From positions 52,204,001 to 52,268,000 of the forward strand of contig OZ365110.1 of assembly GCA_977030845.1 (NCBI GenBank): a DNA stretch of 64,000 nucleotides. The letters are read 5' to 3'. The notes beneath the pieces are model-generated. The model did not search any database, was not told where the DNA came from, and was given only the letters and a program-made list of their open reading frames with translations. Positions 51,444 through 64,000 of the stretch are shown piece after piece; the stretch's first letter is position 1, and every line of letters starts with the position of its first letter. The DNA is from Fimbriosthenelais zetlandica. Taxonomy: Eukaryota. A program made the translations under genes and the position numbers.

Positions 51444-51510
51444 GGGCCTATTTAAAAAGACAAATTAGCAATGCTAAGTCTATGGCTAATTTTTGTTTTG
51501 AAATGGGCTC
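51444..51510. mobile_element. 67-bp Harbinger-type miniature foldback element
   Basis: Imperfect arms (22/27 match) GGGCCTATTTAAAAAG...TTTTGAAATGGGCTC flanked by CTG on both sides. CWG target duplications are known for animal Harbingers. Confidence 0.55.
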
Positions 51511-52750
51511 CTGGGGGTGAGAGCTGGTCAGCTCTAGGACTCCCTCTGTTCTCATTATTATGACTATCTCTGTTGTGACCACCAGTGATGTGCACCCAGC
51601 AGACAGTAGAAGCAAGCAATCAGGAGGGTGTCACTTTGGCTTTAACTAAACCATTGATTGATGACAGCTTGGTGCGACCTCTAGCACCCACCTGGCCTAA
51701 CTAAGTCAGCCATCTTCTCATTCATGAATCCTCCTCTCCCTCTCTTTGGCCATGCCATGCACACATGTAGATTCCCCCCTAATAATCAATGGACATTTCT
51801 AAAGGTCTTTGATCAGTGGTAAAAAAACGAAGCAGGGGTGGTCATGATCATGTTATTAATAGTAATGGTGGCCGCACGTGCTTCTGTGCCTTTTCCAGCA
51901 GTCCACCTTTCAACGTTCATGTCATGCATATTCACATGGCATTGTAAAAACGTCACAGATATAAATATATGCACAGAAGGCAACTAATAAGGAAGGCACA
52001 TGTATTGTCCCCAAATGCATAATTAATCCCAAATATGACAAATAATTATGTCTCAGTAGGCGAACAGTTTTAATAATATATATAATATCATTTTGATCTG
52101 TTCTCCTATTCAGCATTTGTCTGTATTGCAGTAGCTTGTACTGTAATCTGATAGTGCTCTTCGTTTTACAGATTTATCTTGCTCCTTCCCATCGTCCTAT
52201 AATCTGTCTGGCCAAACAAGTATCTTCTCAGACAGATTAGATTTACATTTAGTTTAAAAATACATTGAGAAATATTTCTTAAAATACTTCAAAAACAATA
52301 TAATTCATGCTAAATACGAAGTCAATTCTTTAGTTGACAGACAGCTAAATACAGATTGTCTGTATCATTTGTCTGTAGGATAATCTCATTTTGAGTCAGT
52401 GATTTTGGCAAAACATCCAAAAAGCCATGTTGCCCCTTCCACAGTTAGTTTATGATGTCTATCTAGAAACACACACAGAGACTGAGTTACCTTGGATATC
52501 TTAATTAAAACATCACCCCTTCTTCAGATCAATACCCACCCACTATGGCTCCAGCCCATCCTATGTAGAGCATCCATGTCTATATATTCCCCCCGTCCTT
52601 TCCTATAATCCCAATTATCCTAATTATTTGCTCAACTTCACAGAAGCTGAAAAAATCGATTCCGCAGTGTGCTTTCCCCATTAAAAAACATGGTATCACA
52701 TTGGGATAATGACCCAGTTTTATTAAAAGTGCCACTTTAATCTATTTCAG

Positions 52751-52879
52751 GCCAGTATTTACATGTTACCATCCTACCGGAAGCAATCTTCGCAGCCACT
52801 TCCTTCATCGGTTAAACCTGATTTTTCACCAGACGCTGAATCAACTCTTCATGCTCCATCGGTTACACATGATGTGAAG
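52751..52879 (+). CDS. Candidate exon (phase 0->0) ASIYMLPSYRKQSSQPLPSSVKPDFSPDAESTLHAPSVTHDVK
   Basis: Acceptor tttaatctatttcag and donor AAG|gtaatt; 129 bp, S/P-rich. Confidence 0.35.
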
Positions 52880-55800
52880 GTAATTGCATTCGCTGCCATT
52901 TAATTTCATGTAAAAACAGGAGCCCACCACTTATATGTGGTGCAAACTTGGCTGCAGTATAAGGCTATGTCCTTTCTTCACTGATCTTTTTTCCATCTTT
53001 TAATTGAATGCCATATGAGATCGTAAGATGTAGGCGGGCTGTCTTATTCGCCAGTGTTTTGCTTGCCGCTGTTCCCTGATAAAAGCCCCTCCTATAGATC
53101 TTGTCTGGTACATTAGTATGTCTTCACTATGGTTCAGCATGTATAGTATTATAGTGAGGGGATTTGGTTGAACGCTGTTTTGCACATTGGTCTTTTCTAC
53201 TATTCCTATACCTCTCTAGTCAACCACAATTTATGACTAAAGGTCTATAATTTAGCTCTGATGGAATGCCTGATAAAACTAACGTAATCGATCAAGGAAT
53301 TCATAAAAGATACATTCAATAGACATGTCCTGTCAGATTAACCTAGACTACCAGTGTCTCTACTATCTAGTAGTTCCATTCATCTCTAGCCCAGTTCCAT
53401 CAATTAAAAACTTTTTCCTCTAATCCTCCTCATCTTTAAATCGATCACTTGTAGTCCAATGGTTTTTTTCCATCTGCTGTTAGCCCAAACCTCGTTCATT
53501 TAGGACATAATTGTGGGACCTCTCATGCTAATGACTTTAAATTGATAATGATACACTTCCCCAGTTTCCTGTTAGCTTTGAAATCATTGAATGGTAACTG
53601 GAGGATTTTTGTCATTAACATCAGAAGTGTGTTAGCTTTAAATCTCCGGTATCTAGCCTCGGTTGGGAAAGTTTTTAAGTTTAAATTCAAAACTCTAGTC
53701 TCATGCCTGATGCAAACATGAAATGAATGTCATTTACATAACCTAATGTTTGTTGTTGCTAGGGGTAGATGTACTCAAATGAAACTCTATAACCATCCAA
53801 GTCAATAAACCTTTTTTTTCTATTTTAATGGTATGGATTCTAGATGGAATCATCTATGGGAATTTATTGTTTTTCATGTTTTTTTTCATCGGAAAATGAG
53901 GAACATTTGAGGCTGAATATACTCGGTCAAATTAAAGTCAGTTTGGAATATTTTTCCTCTGAGATAAGCCTATTAATGTTATAACTTAAACTAGATGTGT
54001 AGAGTATATTAGTTGGGAAGCCATTGCCTTCCTGAAAGGATCAAGGCATGCTGTATTTGAGTGATCAAGCAATGTGATATGAGACATCTCAAGCCTTGAT
54101 ATAGCTGAGACTGTACTTCCACCTCATGTAGAAGTCTCCCCATCCTTCTAACCTCCAGCTACCTACCCCGACAGGAAGATGAATGATTCCCCAGTAATAC
54201 TAGATACTAGTACATCAATAACCCCTGGAAACAGGCAGGGGTCACTACTTGGTCCAATTACCTTTATATTTATAAAGGTTTCTTTGCAAGTTTTGATCAT
54301 TCTGCTGTATTTTATGATGGTTTCTCTATAATAATAACCTCTTGGTGCATTCAGGCAGGACTTCGATTTAAGATTCTGTTGGGGGTTTGGAGACTTGTTG
54401 TCCTCTGCCTCGATCGCGGTGTAGCAACCGAGGGTAGAAGTATAAAGTTTAGATATAGATACATGTAGCTTGAGGCTAATGTTTCACGAAGGAAGAGGAA
54501 ACAAAGGTCAGGATGAATAATGGATGAAGAAGAGGTTGTTGAGGGACATGAACTGGATGTAATTATGGAAAGTTTTAATGCATTATTTAATGACTGATTA
54601 AACAAGGGATTAGGGGTGTGATTGAGCATAGGTTAATGTACTTTGATTGGTGCTAATCCATCTACTAAAACCCATGTTTATGTAAGAAATAATTCCATTA
54701 AGTATCCATGGACTATGACCTAGTATTATATAAAAGAAATGGAAGAGATAAAAGTGAAATGATAGAGATTGTGTTTCAATGGCAGCAATACCCCCAGGCA
54801 GTCTCCAAATTAACTTCACACAAAAAATTGTGTGCCTCTGAATAATACAAAATGTGGTATACAAGCCGGGAAATTACTTGCTTAAAAACAAACTGAGCTC
54901 GTATTTAGACCGAATTTAAACCAGTTTTTTTCTGGGAGTTATTAAAACATGCTTATTGGCTTGGCCTTGCAGGGTTCATCTAATATGTATTTTCATGCCT
55001 GGATCCATGTTCTCTAAGAATTATGTATAATTAGGACTGCCATTATGGAGCGGGCACAATCTATTGAAGAAGGGGTTTTAAAAAGGGGGAGATGGTATTT
55101 TGCCACTGCCTGATCTGCTGCACGGGAAGAGAATGTGTCCCCGGGGAACCCCTAAGTGCACTCCAGGTATCAATCAAATTGGAACTCACCAGCCTAGCCT
55201 CTCCTATCTCCAATTGTCTGTGAGCAAAAAGTATTTGTGGAAACAATTCAATAATGAACGCTTCCCTTCATCTGTCCAACTTTGATCAGATATCCCGGAT
55301 CCACTGACGATTGCTAGGCATTTAAAATTGACATTGATAACCTAATGGTTACTTTATGTATTTTGAAAAATCTAAATTAAAATATGGTAGGATTGACTTC
55401 ACAAGTGACAGAAGGAGATGAAGACAAGTCTATGGAGGATGAAAGATGAGGCATGCACATAAAAAGGGACGTAGAAAGTGGGTGAACCTCGTCTCTTCTA
55501 CCTGGCGTGTTTCCCCATTATTTGCCATCTGAACATGCAGTTCTACTGCCCCAGATATAGCCATATGGCCATTAAGCTACTGATATGAAAAAATGGACCA
55601 CCATTCTGACTCTACACGCATGTCTGGGACCAGCTTTTTTTTTTAATTTTTTTTTTTTAACTTTTTCCATCAACACTAAAGTACCAAGTCTAATCATCCC
55701 CACCCCTTAGTATGTGTGTCTGATGCATTTATGTGCATAACAGTATCAAAACATTAGTCCCGATCTTTGCCTCTTTTGGCTGTCTTGAGCTATGACTGCC

Positions 55801-56439
55801 AAACATGCAGTCGAGGTCTGTAGCCTCCCTTCAACCTACTCATTTCCAGCTTTTTGCATCACTAATATAAAGGTTTGGTGTCTCCATCCCACTTGTTTAA
55901 TCATTACCACACTTTTCAACAACACAGTGGAACTAGACTTTGACCGTTTCTAACTGGCCTTGGGACAAACGCTACATTTATCATGGCTTGGTATGCAAAT
56001 AGTTTGTTGGCAGAGCAAACATTCCCCCATCAAGCGATGAGAAGTCAGAGTAATCCAGTTGGTACGAAACGAAGGCCTTCGTATTGATACCTATACGTAG
56101 GAAATCAATAGATATTAGGCACATCTCTACTGCCCAGACAGGGGCCTAATCATTATAATCACTAATTTATAGCTCCATGAATATACAAATATTATGCCTC
56201 CTTTTTGTACATTTTTATGGGTACGTCTTGCTGCTTTAGGCGGCATCTTGACTGCTGACGTTGTTAATCGATGCCAGACTTGATTATTTTTTACCAAGGT
56301 CATAGTTGTAAGACACGAAGGAAGGATTAATTCAGCAACCTAAGTCAGTTGATTGGGTAGATGTTGGGCCTTAATTTGGGCGATTCAATCGCATCGCCCA
56401 CTGCATCGCCAACATGGTTGTCCGTAAGGCAATACATGC

Positions 56440-56640
56440 ATTTGTCTTCGTATTCTGACCTTTGTACTTGGTTCTGTCTTGGTAAACTAAATAATCAAAT
56501 AGATGTTACTAAAATGGATACCGCATCCCAGACATGCAGCCATTCAGATCAAGGATAACAAAAACTTAATTATTGCGAATCCATATAAAAACTTAAGGTT
56601 CCTTGGTGTATACTTTAATAAGCTTCATTTCTTTTCGCTC
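56440..56640 (+). mobile_element. Possible highly decayed non-LTR reverse transcriptase fragment
   Basis: DLCTWFCLGKLNNQIDVTK and, in another frame, YKNLRFLGVYFNKLHF echo the L..W...NKL.LN..KT and .KYLGV..D..L.F motifs. No YADD/FADD motif seen. Confidence 0.2.
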
Positions 56641-57175
56641 AAGAGTGCAGAAGAAGCAGGATGTTTGAGAAGAAGGAATATGAAGGCCTCTGTTAGTCAG
56701 GTCTCTTGTCTGGCTTCAATGTTAAACGACACCAATTTCATCTCCTTGCTTCATAATTAGAGTAATTAACAGTCCCCACCTCCTTAATTCACTTTGATAA
56801 ATCTTTAACCAAGGGCACATTATCCCATTCATTGCTGTAATTACTTTGTAATCAGCAAGTTGTACAAGCATGATCCCCTTGTAAATAAACTTTTTAAGGA
56901 AGCCACTTATTATTTAACACCATACTAAATTTTAGATTTTCCTGTCATTTAACAGTCCCTTAAATTTCATTTTAATTATTAATACATGTGAAAATGTTGG
57001 CTCTTGAACTACATCTGACATACAGTATTGATCCTAAGCAGTTTGCATTGTAACAAAATTCTCAAATAATTGACTCCTATACTCTGTCCCCATGGCCCAG
57101 TGTTTATATGAGCTATTTGCCCACATCAAAACTACTGGATGATCAGCCAACAGGAGCAGCTGTTTGCCCACATAG

Positions 57176-57388
57176 AGTCAGTCGGGCTCCAGGGCAATGG
57201 TCACCAGTTGCTCTTGGCCACTACTCATTGATGCACCAACCCTCTCCACTTGGGATAATTTGTCCGGCAATCGAGAAGCCTCACCCACTGTAATGTCTTC
57301 AAGCCCGATGCGCAGGAAAAGGCCAACCGACAATTGCACCCTTGGGTCCGCTCCATTACACATACATGATGCTATGGGAGAAATATAA
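57176..57388 (+). CDS. Candidate terminal exon (phase 0) SQSGSRAMVTSCSWPLLIDAPTLSTWDNLSGNREASPTVMSSSPMRRKRPTDNCTLGSAPLHIHDAMGEI*
   Basis: Acceptor ctgtttgcccacatag, 70 open codons, GC-richer than flanks, phase-compatible with 52751-52879. Confidence 0.3.
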   Translation, partial: SQSGSRAMVTSCSWPLLIDAPTLSTWDNLSGNREASPTVMSSSPMRRKRPTDNCTLGSAPLHIHDAMGEI

Positions 57389-59179
57389 GCACAGAAGCAA
57401 GCTTGGTCCCTCCAGATCTATGTCAGTAGTATTCATGTGGTCTTTGTGATGTCTTGAACTCCTGCTATTGTAAGGATGTCTGGTAGGTAAATGGCTTGGC
57501 TTACGGTAATTGGGGGATTGCATGATGTTTGTGTCGTGAGGCGGTTAGTATATAGACTGGCTTTAGTCAGGGCAGAGGATTGAGAGGGACTGTCAGTTTA
57601 CATCCACCTAAATACCAGCAGTAAATGCACCTCAATTGACACATACGTGTGTCACGATTGTCCCCAGTCATGCACCACTATTATCCCATGATAGGAAAAG
57701 CTAGTAATGTCCCAGAAAATGTGTCAGTGATACTGTCTGATTGCTAATAAAACCTATAGAAGTCTGTCAATAGGATTTTAGTGTAAGAAGCAGTATCAGA
57801 TATACTGCTTTGGCTTCTATTAGCAATATCAAGTGTCTCAAGCCGAAAACGTCCCCGATCCCCGATCCCCGTCGAAAAAAAAGAACATACAAATTATGTA
57901 TATGTCTGGTTGTATACAGTATTTCGGTAGAAAACAACTGATATAGGATGCAGTATGATAGGTCGCTATTGATTGCAGGCAGTACGTCCCAGGGGATCAG
58001 TATATAGGACTTATAAGATAGCATACATATATTCAGGTATACTTAGGATTTTCACTATACATGTAGCTGATTTGACATCAGATATGTATACATCTACCCG
58101 GGCTGCACTCTCAGGTGTAATCTAGGAATACTGAATGAGAGGTCTTTTCTATACAAATAACGATGTGGATAACTTCTAGAGAAATATAGAGAATAATGTG
58201 ATACTTCAGCTTACTCTTACACTGTCTTAGTGTCTCAAATGTATCGCCATGCAGCTGACTAGTTGAACCTTCATACACCAAAAAAATACATAATTTGCAG
58301 TATATAGCCTATATTATATCAAATTTGAAAATTAAATTACAAATCAAAACTATGAACGAAATGATTAAGGCAAAGTACATGGCATAGTAGATGAAATTGT
58401 CAATGAGCCTCTGAGACTAGTCAATGTTAGACTCTGAGATTCTCTCTCAGGCGGGAGCCTGTCAGTGCAGAGTGCAGGCCCATTATCCTTGTTTTATTTC
58501 ATTACATGGTTTTGTTCATGTCTCCTTGGTGGCTGACTAATATAGAAAGTCATTAGGCGTGGTGGGCAAGAAAAGAGCTGGAGCGTTAAACCCTCCACAG
58601 CCTGCTCCAGAGGTGGCTCCGACAGAGGAAGACATGAGAAATGCATGCAAGGCTAAAGATGACACTAGTCTCCATGTATCATCTTGTTTGACAGATTCTT
58701 TTTGATTTCTGATCTTCTTTGTGTTTCAAACTGGTATGAACTCTTCATGGTTTAGTTACTATTCCCTTTGAAAGTAAGTACTGGACCATGCACCACTAGT
58801 CAGCTAAATGCCACCCCCCCCCCCCCCCGATCAATGTCCAGTTTTTGACGGCAGGAAAATGACTGGTAGGCCTAATAAGTGGTCATGCACCATAGATTGC
58901 TTGTCACTGACCTACATACATTGCTGATTGATTTTCAACATGTTTTGACCATTTTCTATCAGTTATTTAGTCAAAGGTTGGTAGATTGCTTCCTCCTATC
59001 TGGTTCAGCTGTTTCTCTGTGACAGATAGTGATGAAGAGTGGACCTTTGCATGTTGGACATGGACTGCCTATAAATTTAAGGCTCACCTCAGTTATTTTA
59101 AGCTCTTTGTGACCTCAAGGCATGGGCTTACTATTTTTAAAGGCCTTTATTCATTATGGCGCAGCTATAATGTGCCTTA

Positions 59180-59390
59180 AGCCGGGCCTCCACTGCTGCG
59201 ATTTTGCTTGCGACACTACTGCGACAAAGGTGATGCTTGTGAAGTTGTGTAAGAATAAAATTTATAAATTGTGGTTCAAGTGTCCAAGGCCTTAAGGCCG
59301 TCCTCCAATGGTAAATTTATCATTGAAACACAAGCATCACCTTTGTCGCAGACGTGTCGCAAGCAAAATCGCAGCAGTGGAGTCCCGGCT
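59180..59390. mobile_element. MITE family 1, copy 3 (most intact)
   Basis: About 62-bp near-perfect inverted arms; exact TTA target duplication at 59177-59179 and 59391-59393. Confidence 0.92.
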
Positions 59391-59474
59391 TTATTTAATT
59401 TTGATGAAGGGAAGCCATGTAGAGTACTATGATTCAGGAGTTGGTAGGGCGATAGACACTTTGAATCCTGGTTT

Positions 59475-59820
59475 GTGTATATATTACGTTTGAGAATAAC
59501 CGTGTGTGGGTGTGTTTGTCGATTAAGCAAACTGGAGAGAGATTCTGATCGGGATTGTATTGCCCTCATATCGATCCTCACACACCCAGTGGAAAAAGTA
59601 TCTAGGGAACCAGGCCTAATGGGGTCAATAGATAATGAATGTAAATATTTCGACACAAACGTAAGGCTTTTTATTCTAAAAATCATTTGTGTGATCATAG
59701 ATACCCATGAAATTAATATGATGCGTAGATATAAAGATACAAATTGCACTTTTCGGGAATCAAGGCAACAGTAATATATCAATATATTTTGCAAATGTAA
59801 TACAAATTTATCATAATACA
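59475..59820 (+). mobile_element. Decayed L1/Tx1-like ORF2 C-terminal fragment
   Basis: KYFDTNVRLFILKII...KDTNCTFRES...*YINIFCKC follows the pattern DTKLR.FQ.KI.H....KDT..C.FC...T..HLF..C. Judged by eye. Confidence 0.4.
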
Positions 59821-60388
59821 ATATTTGTCAAAGTTTAATGTTTTCCATCGCTTGTTAACATACAGGCGTCTTCGCGGTACAGTTTTGTCCAACTCAGAAT
59901 TGCCAAGACATGAAGTCATTGAGTGTTCGCGCTTTTTTCTTTTCCCTACTAAGAAGGTATGGATTTGCCTAAGGAAATTTTGAATACCTAAATTCCGATT
60001 TGAAATGAAATTCTACTTGGAAGTAAATATTATTAAGATGTTTTGACCATCTGTTCACGTCCCGTGTTAGATTTTACCATGTACATGTGTCCTCCATCTA
60101 TGAATATTGCATTCAGTATCATTTGTCATCACTCCTGACTGCAGCACTATGCAGACTCTTGTCATATTCTCGACAAATAGTCCATGGTTGAATGAATTTG
60201 CCAAAGCACAGGGTTGGTTCTTGCTCAACCGTATCTGATTGTCATTGGTATCTTGCATGTGTAAAGTCAGGTGCCAAAAAAAGAGAAATGATTTTGGTGA
60301 GATTACTGAGGATCATATATATATAATTAGGCCTATATATTGTGTAGGCCTGGTAAGGAATGGTTGAGTGAACGGTAGATGTAGGGTT

Positions 60389-60445
60389 GGATGGATGGAT
60401 GGATGGATGGATGGTTCGATGGATGGATGGTTGGATGGATGGATG
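60389..60445. repeat. (GGAT)n microsatellite, interrupted
   Basis: Seen directly. Confidence 0.95.
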
Positions 60446-62370
60446 AAGTTGGTATGTGTCTATTCTGATGGATTAATATGGTTGAATGGACGGATAAACT
60501 GTGCGGTTGGTGGAAGGAATAATACTACTGACTGACCCGTTGACTGATAGACGAAAGGGATGAAAATGGATGAATTAATATGTTAACAAATGGATTATGA
60601 ATTCATTCATAACTAATATTATCACTATTTTCGTTACCATACTTTAGATAATCGCCCAAACGAGTTCAGATTTTCCTTAAAGTGACTGAAAATGGCAGGA
60701 AATTGCAACTGAAGTAAAAAGCAATTTCAGTTTTGCCTTTTAAACCTCTTCACGTGAATTGCTTTTGGTTGGGATTGTTAATAGAACCTTGTTAACTCGG
60801 GAGTTACATTTAGCTGATTTTTAATGTTATTAGCTGAGAGATTAATTGCCTCTGAGTGTTATTTCATTCCACAGTGGGAATCACAGCAGCTGACAATGTC
60901 AAGTGGTCAAAATAAGGTAGTACTACTTTTCAAATACCCCCTCCCCCTCAAAATGCTCACCACATTATTTCACTTATTATTTTAAAGAGGATTTTCAATA
61001 TGATTTCTCTTGTAAATCCACCGCCAGCAGGCCTCTATATAATTTATGTGATTTGTATTTTAGGCCATGATTTTTAGCTAGGAGTGCATAATATATTTGT
61101 AGAAATAATGTACTCTAAGAAATCCTGGTATAGTCTTTCTTCTAGGGCCAACTGACATGTCAGTGTTAATTGGAAAATATGAGAAATTGAAATATAGCAA
61201 AATCCATAATGTAACTGTATCCAAGAAATTCCCAAATTTTGAGATAATTATATTTGGTGTTAACCAAAAAGAAAAATCACTGAACAGTTTTATTGCAGCA
61301 GAAATTACCTTTCAAAAATTGATTTTTTAAGGGATAATTAATTTTATCATTAGCCTACAGAGGGATATATTGGAGTCTGGTTTAGTAGTTAGAATAAAGA
61401 AGAAACCTGATCGCCATACGGAGCGGGCTAATGAACAGAGAGTGTTTGTGGTGGCAGTTTGTCGATAACATGCATGGCTTACTTGGTCCTTACATGGTGG
61501 ACTTTTCAAACCATCCAGCCCCTGCCTTGTTCCTACCCCGGCCATGTAATCATTGCCATGTATGCCTGTTCTACCTGTCACATTTTCACTGCCTGATATT
61601 TGGGGCCCCCGAGGCACATTCAGTGTTAGGAGGGTGGATGCATGGAAACTCCGCCCCGCCTACTTCAGCCCGTGAGCTGCCATAGGTTAAAGTTCCATGT
61701 GTTAGTCTATAATATTGAGGCAGGCTAGCCTCAAGCAGTGACATGGATTTTACCTATTTGACATGACGGGTCGCTGATGTGAGCTGTTCACTTAGGCTTC
61801 TGATTCTTGACTTTGATCCTTTTAAAACTTTCTTAGGGTTTATCCCTTCAGCAGTTTGTCAGAAGTTTCCAAGATTTAGAGGAATAAAAGAAAATTAAAG
61901 CAACTGAAATTTATTTCATCTTCTGCAGTAAATTACAAAGCCAGTTTCAAAAGACACCTGGATAATCTGTAAAGATGTCCCTGGGCTATTATTTTATTAC
62001 AGCTTGAGCTACAGCTGTATCAGACTTTGTCACAGGGACTGTTACTTTAACGCTATGTCAAATACTGTCAATCACAGCCTGTCAACAACTGTCACTGAAG
62101 AATTTTGATCACCAAATCTGTATTTGTTGGCATAGGGGAACTTGAACTGAACTCTCTCCAGAACTACATCTTGTGATGTAGAACTACTTTTGTATGGGAT
62201 ATTAATGCGCGTTGATGGGTAGTGAGAGGGTTTACCTCGGTTAGATTACTTTATGATTATGGTTGAGGTACACAGCTGGACCAGCAGGCCGTCCTTAATA
62301 ATCAGCTAATCTCTATAACCTAACCTAACACATCCATCAGTTGATGAGGAGGAGGTAGGAAGACATGGGC

Positions 62371-62678
62371 NNNNNNNNNNNNNNNNNNNNNNNNNNNNNN
62401 NNNNNNNNNNNNNNNNNNNNNNNNNNNNNNNNNNNNNNNNNNNNNNNNNNNNNNNNNNNNNNNNNNNNNNNNNNNNNNNNNNNNNNNNNNNNNNNNNNNN
62501 NNNNNNNNNNNNNNNNNNNNNNNNNNNNNNNNNNNNNNNNNNNNNNNNNNNNNNNNNNNNNNNNNNNNNNNNNNNNNNNNNNNNNNNNNNNNNNNNNNNN
62601 NNNNNNNNNNNNNNNNNNNNNNNNNNNNNNNNNNNNNNNNNNNNNNNNNNNNNNNNNNNNNNNNNNNNNNNNNNNNNN
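62371..62678. other. Assembly gap (308 N)
   Basis: Run of N; the two X-filled ORFs in the track are artefacts. Confidence 0.99.
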
Positions 62679-63740
62679 CGTACATAATTATGAAGAGACA
62701 GGTTGAGAGAATATATGGGGCAAAGGTAAACAGAAAGAGAAAGGAAGAGATGTGAGAAATTAAATTATAATGGTGAAGGTATCATATTGAAGTTGTGGGA
62801 AACGAGAAGAATATAGTAGTTCAGAAAATGTACATCAATTGATGATTGTCCTCTGGAAGGTACAATATATGAAGGTTTATATTTTCAATTTGTATTGATA
62901 ATTAAATAGAAATAGAGAAGGCCATAAAACAATAATGCATGCTGAGAGGGATTTTGGTATTAATGTCAGAAAGAGTTGATTTACTTGTAATAAAATGTTT
63001 ATGTATCCATTCATTGGATATAGGTGGGTGTCCCCGTGAGAAGCCTGAACCTATGGCCACTTTCCATGCACTACTTGTGCCTGAATGCGGTAGTAGTATA
63101 GGAAGTGTTTCTTCATAGCAGGTCAACTAAATCCCCATCAGGATTTGTATTTTACTATGATATCCTGTTGTTCTTCATGTTTGTTTTCCATTTTCAAGAA
63201 AAATGTTTTTATTGGATAACTATTGCCACTGTTTTCCCATCACTTGGCCTCAGCTTGGTTTAGCATGACACGCCCTGTTCTAATATTAATGGTCTTAAAG
63301 CAACAAAATTGAAGATCTACTCAGAATCAAAGTAATAGTCATTTTCTAAATTAGATGGACCCATCACTGATGGGCTTTCAGGAAATTAGGGTTAATCGAA
63401 TTGATGCCAGAGAATGGCTGCCAAAAAAACTGAAATATTTAAGAGTGTAATGTCTGGAGAGAAAGAGCAATCGATCACAATCAATGTAATTTATGAGACA
63501 CAAGAGGCCTGACCCTCTCACTAGCCCCCAGGTTGTATACACTGCCCATCCTATATATTCATGCAATACCCATATCCCTGATCCAACTCTGTGATGCTGC
63601 TCCTCCACCTGCCCTTCTCACCCTCGTCCTTTTCCCACTTTCCCATGCATACTCTCCTTGATTCTCCTTCCACTCTTCCTCCTGCTCCTTGTCACTCCTG
63701 CTCCTTCTCCTGCCCTTCTTCCTGATTGTGCTTCCCCTCA

Positions 63741-64000
63741 TCTGCTCCTCTGACCTTCCTTTAGCTTCCCTGATTCTCCCTCTGCTCCCCTGACCTTCCC
63801 TTTGCTACCCTGAGTGACCTTCCCTCTGCTCCCTGACCTTCCCTGAGCTCCACTGACCTTCCCTCTGCTCCCCTGATCTTCCCTGAGCTCTACTGACCTT
63901 CCCTGAGCTCCACTGACCTTCCCTCTGCTCCCTTACCTTCCCTCTGCTCCCTGACCTTCCCTCTGCTCCCTGACCTTCCCTCTGCTTCCCTTACCTTCCC
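63741..64000. repeat. Pyrimidine-rich minisatellite, 19-20 bp unit CTGACCTTCCCTCTGCTCC(C), running off the window end
   Basis: About 13 degenerate copies with a recurring CTGAGCTCCA variant. Confidence 0.95.

Noticed and set aside
43329-59821. Two track ORFs (43329-43601 and 59276-59821, minus) sharing the C-terminus AGTPLLRFCLRHVCDKGDACVSMINLPLEDGLKALDT
   Set aside because: The shared peptide is read-through of MITE family 1 copies, not a gene family.
62320-62706. Two long ORFs in the track
   Set aside because: Artefacts of the N gap.
1-64000. The remaining 60-135 aa ORFs in the six-frame track
   Set aside because: Their number and length fit random expectation. Many come from purine or pyrimidine tracts or start at non-ATG codons, and none shows a recognisable domain.

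Overview
This is eukaryotic genomic DNA, visibly AT-rich and probably from a marine invertebrate (inferred from the over-represented TAGGCCTA and TACATGTA palindromes). It comes from a scaffolded assembly with a 308-N gap at 62371-62678. Most of the window looks intronic or intergenic and is littered with decayed transposons: an L2-type LINE 3' end, two L1/Tx1-like ORF2 C-terminal remnants, a Penelope-like terminus carrying an intact minimal hammerhead ribozyme core, three copies of a ~200-210 bp PIF/Harbinger-type MITE (two nearly identical), two inverted copies of a second MITE-like family, and several mini- and microsatellites. Only one coding segment is well supported: a 579-bp, phase-1/phase-1, Ser/Thr/Pro-rich exon on the minus strand (24065-24643). 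It can be joined in frame to upstream candidate exons at 27.5-29.2 kb, or to a first exon from a CpG-rich promoter-like region at 25.3-26.1 kb. Many other short splice-site-bounded open frames exist on both strands, but none matches a protein I recognise and such frames are expected by chance, so they are given low confidence. Nearly all 60-120 aa ORFs in the supplied track look like background. I found no rRNA, tRNA, CRISPR array or prokaryotic system. The best candidate for something new is the dimer-type hammerhead ribozyme inside a nested TE cluster at 8.1-9.9 kb, followed by the possible antisense/nested gene architecture around 24-29 kb.
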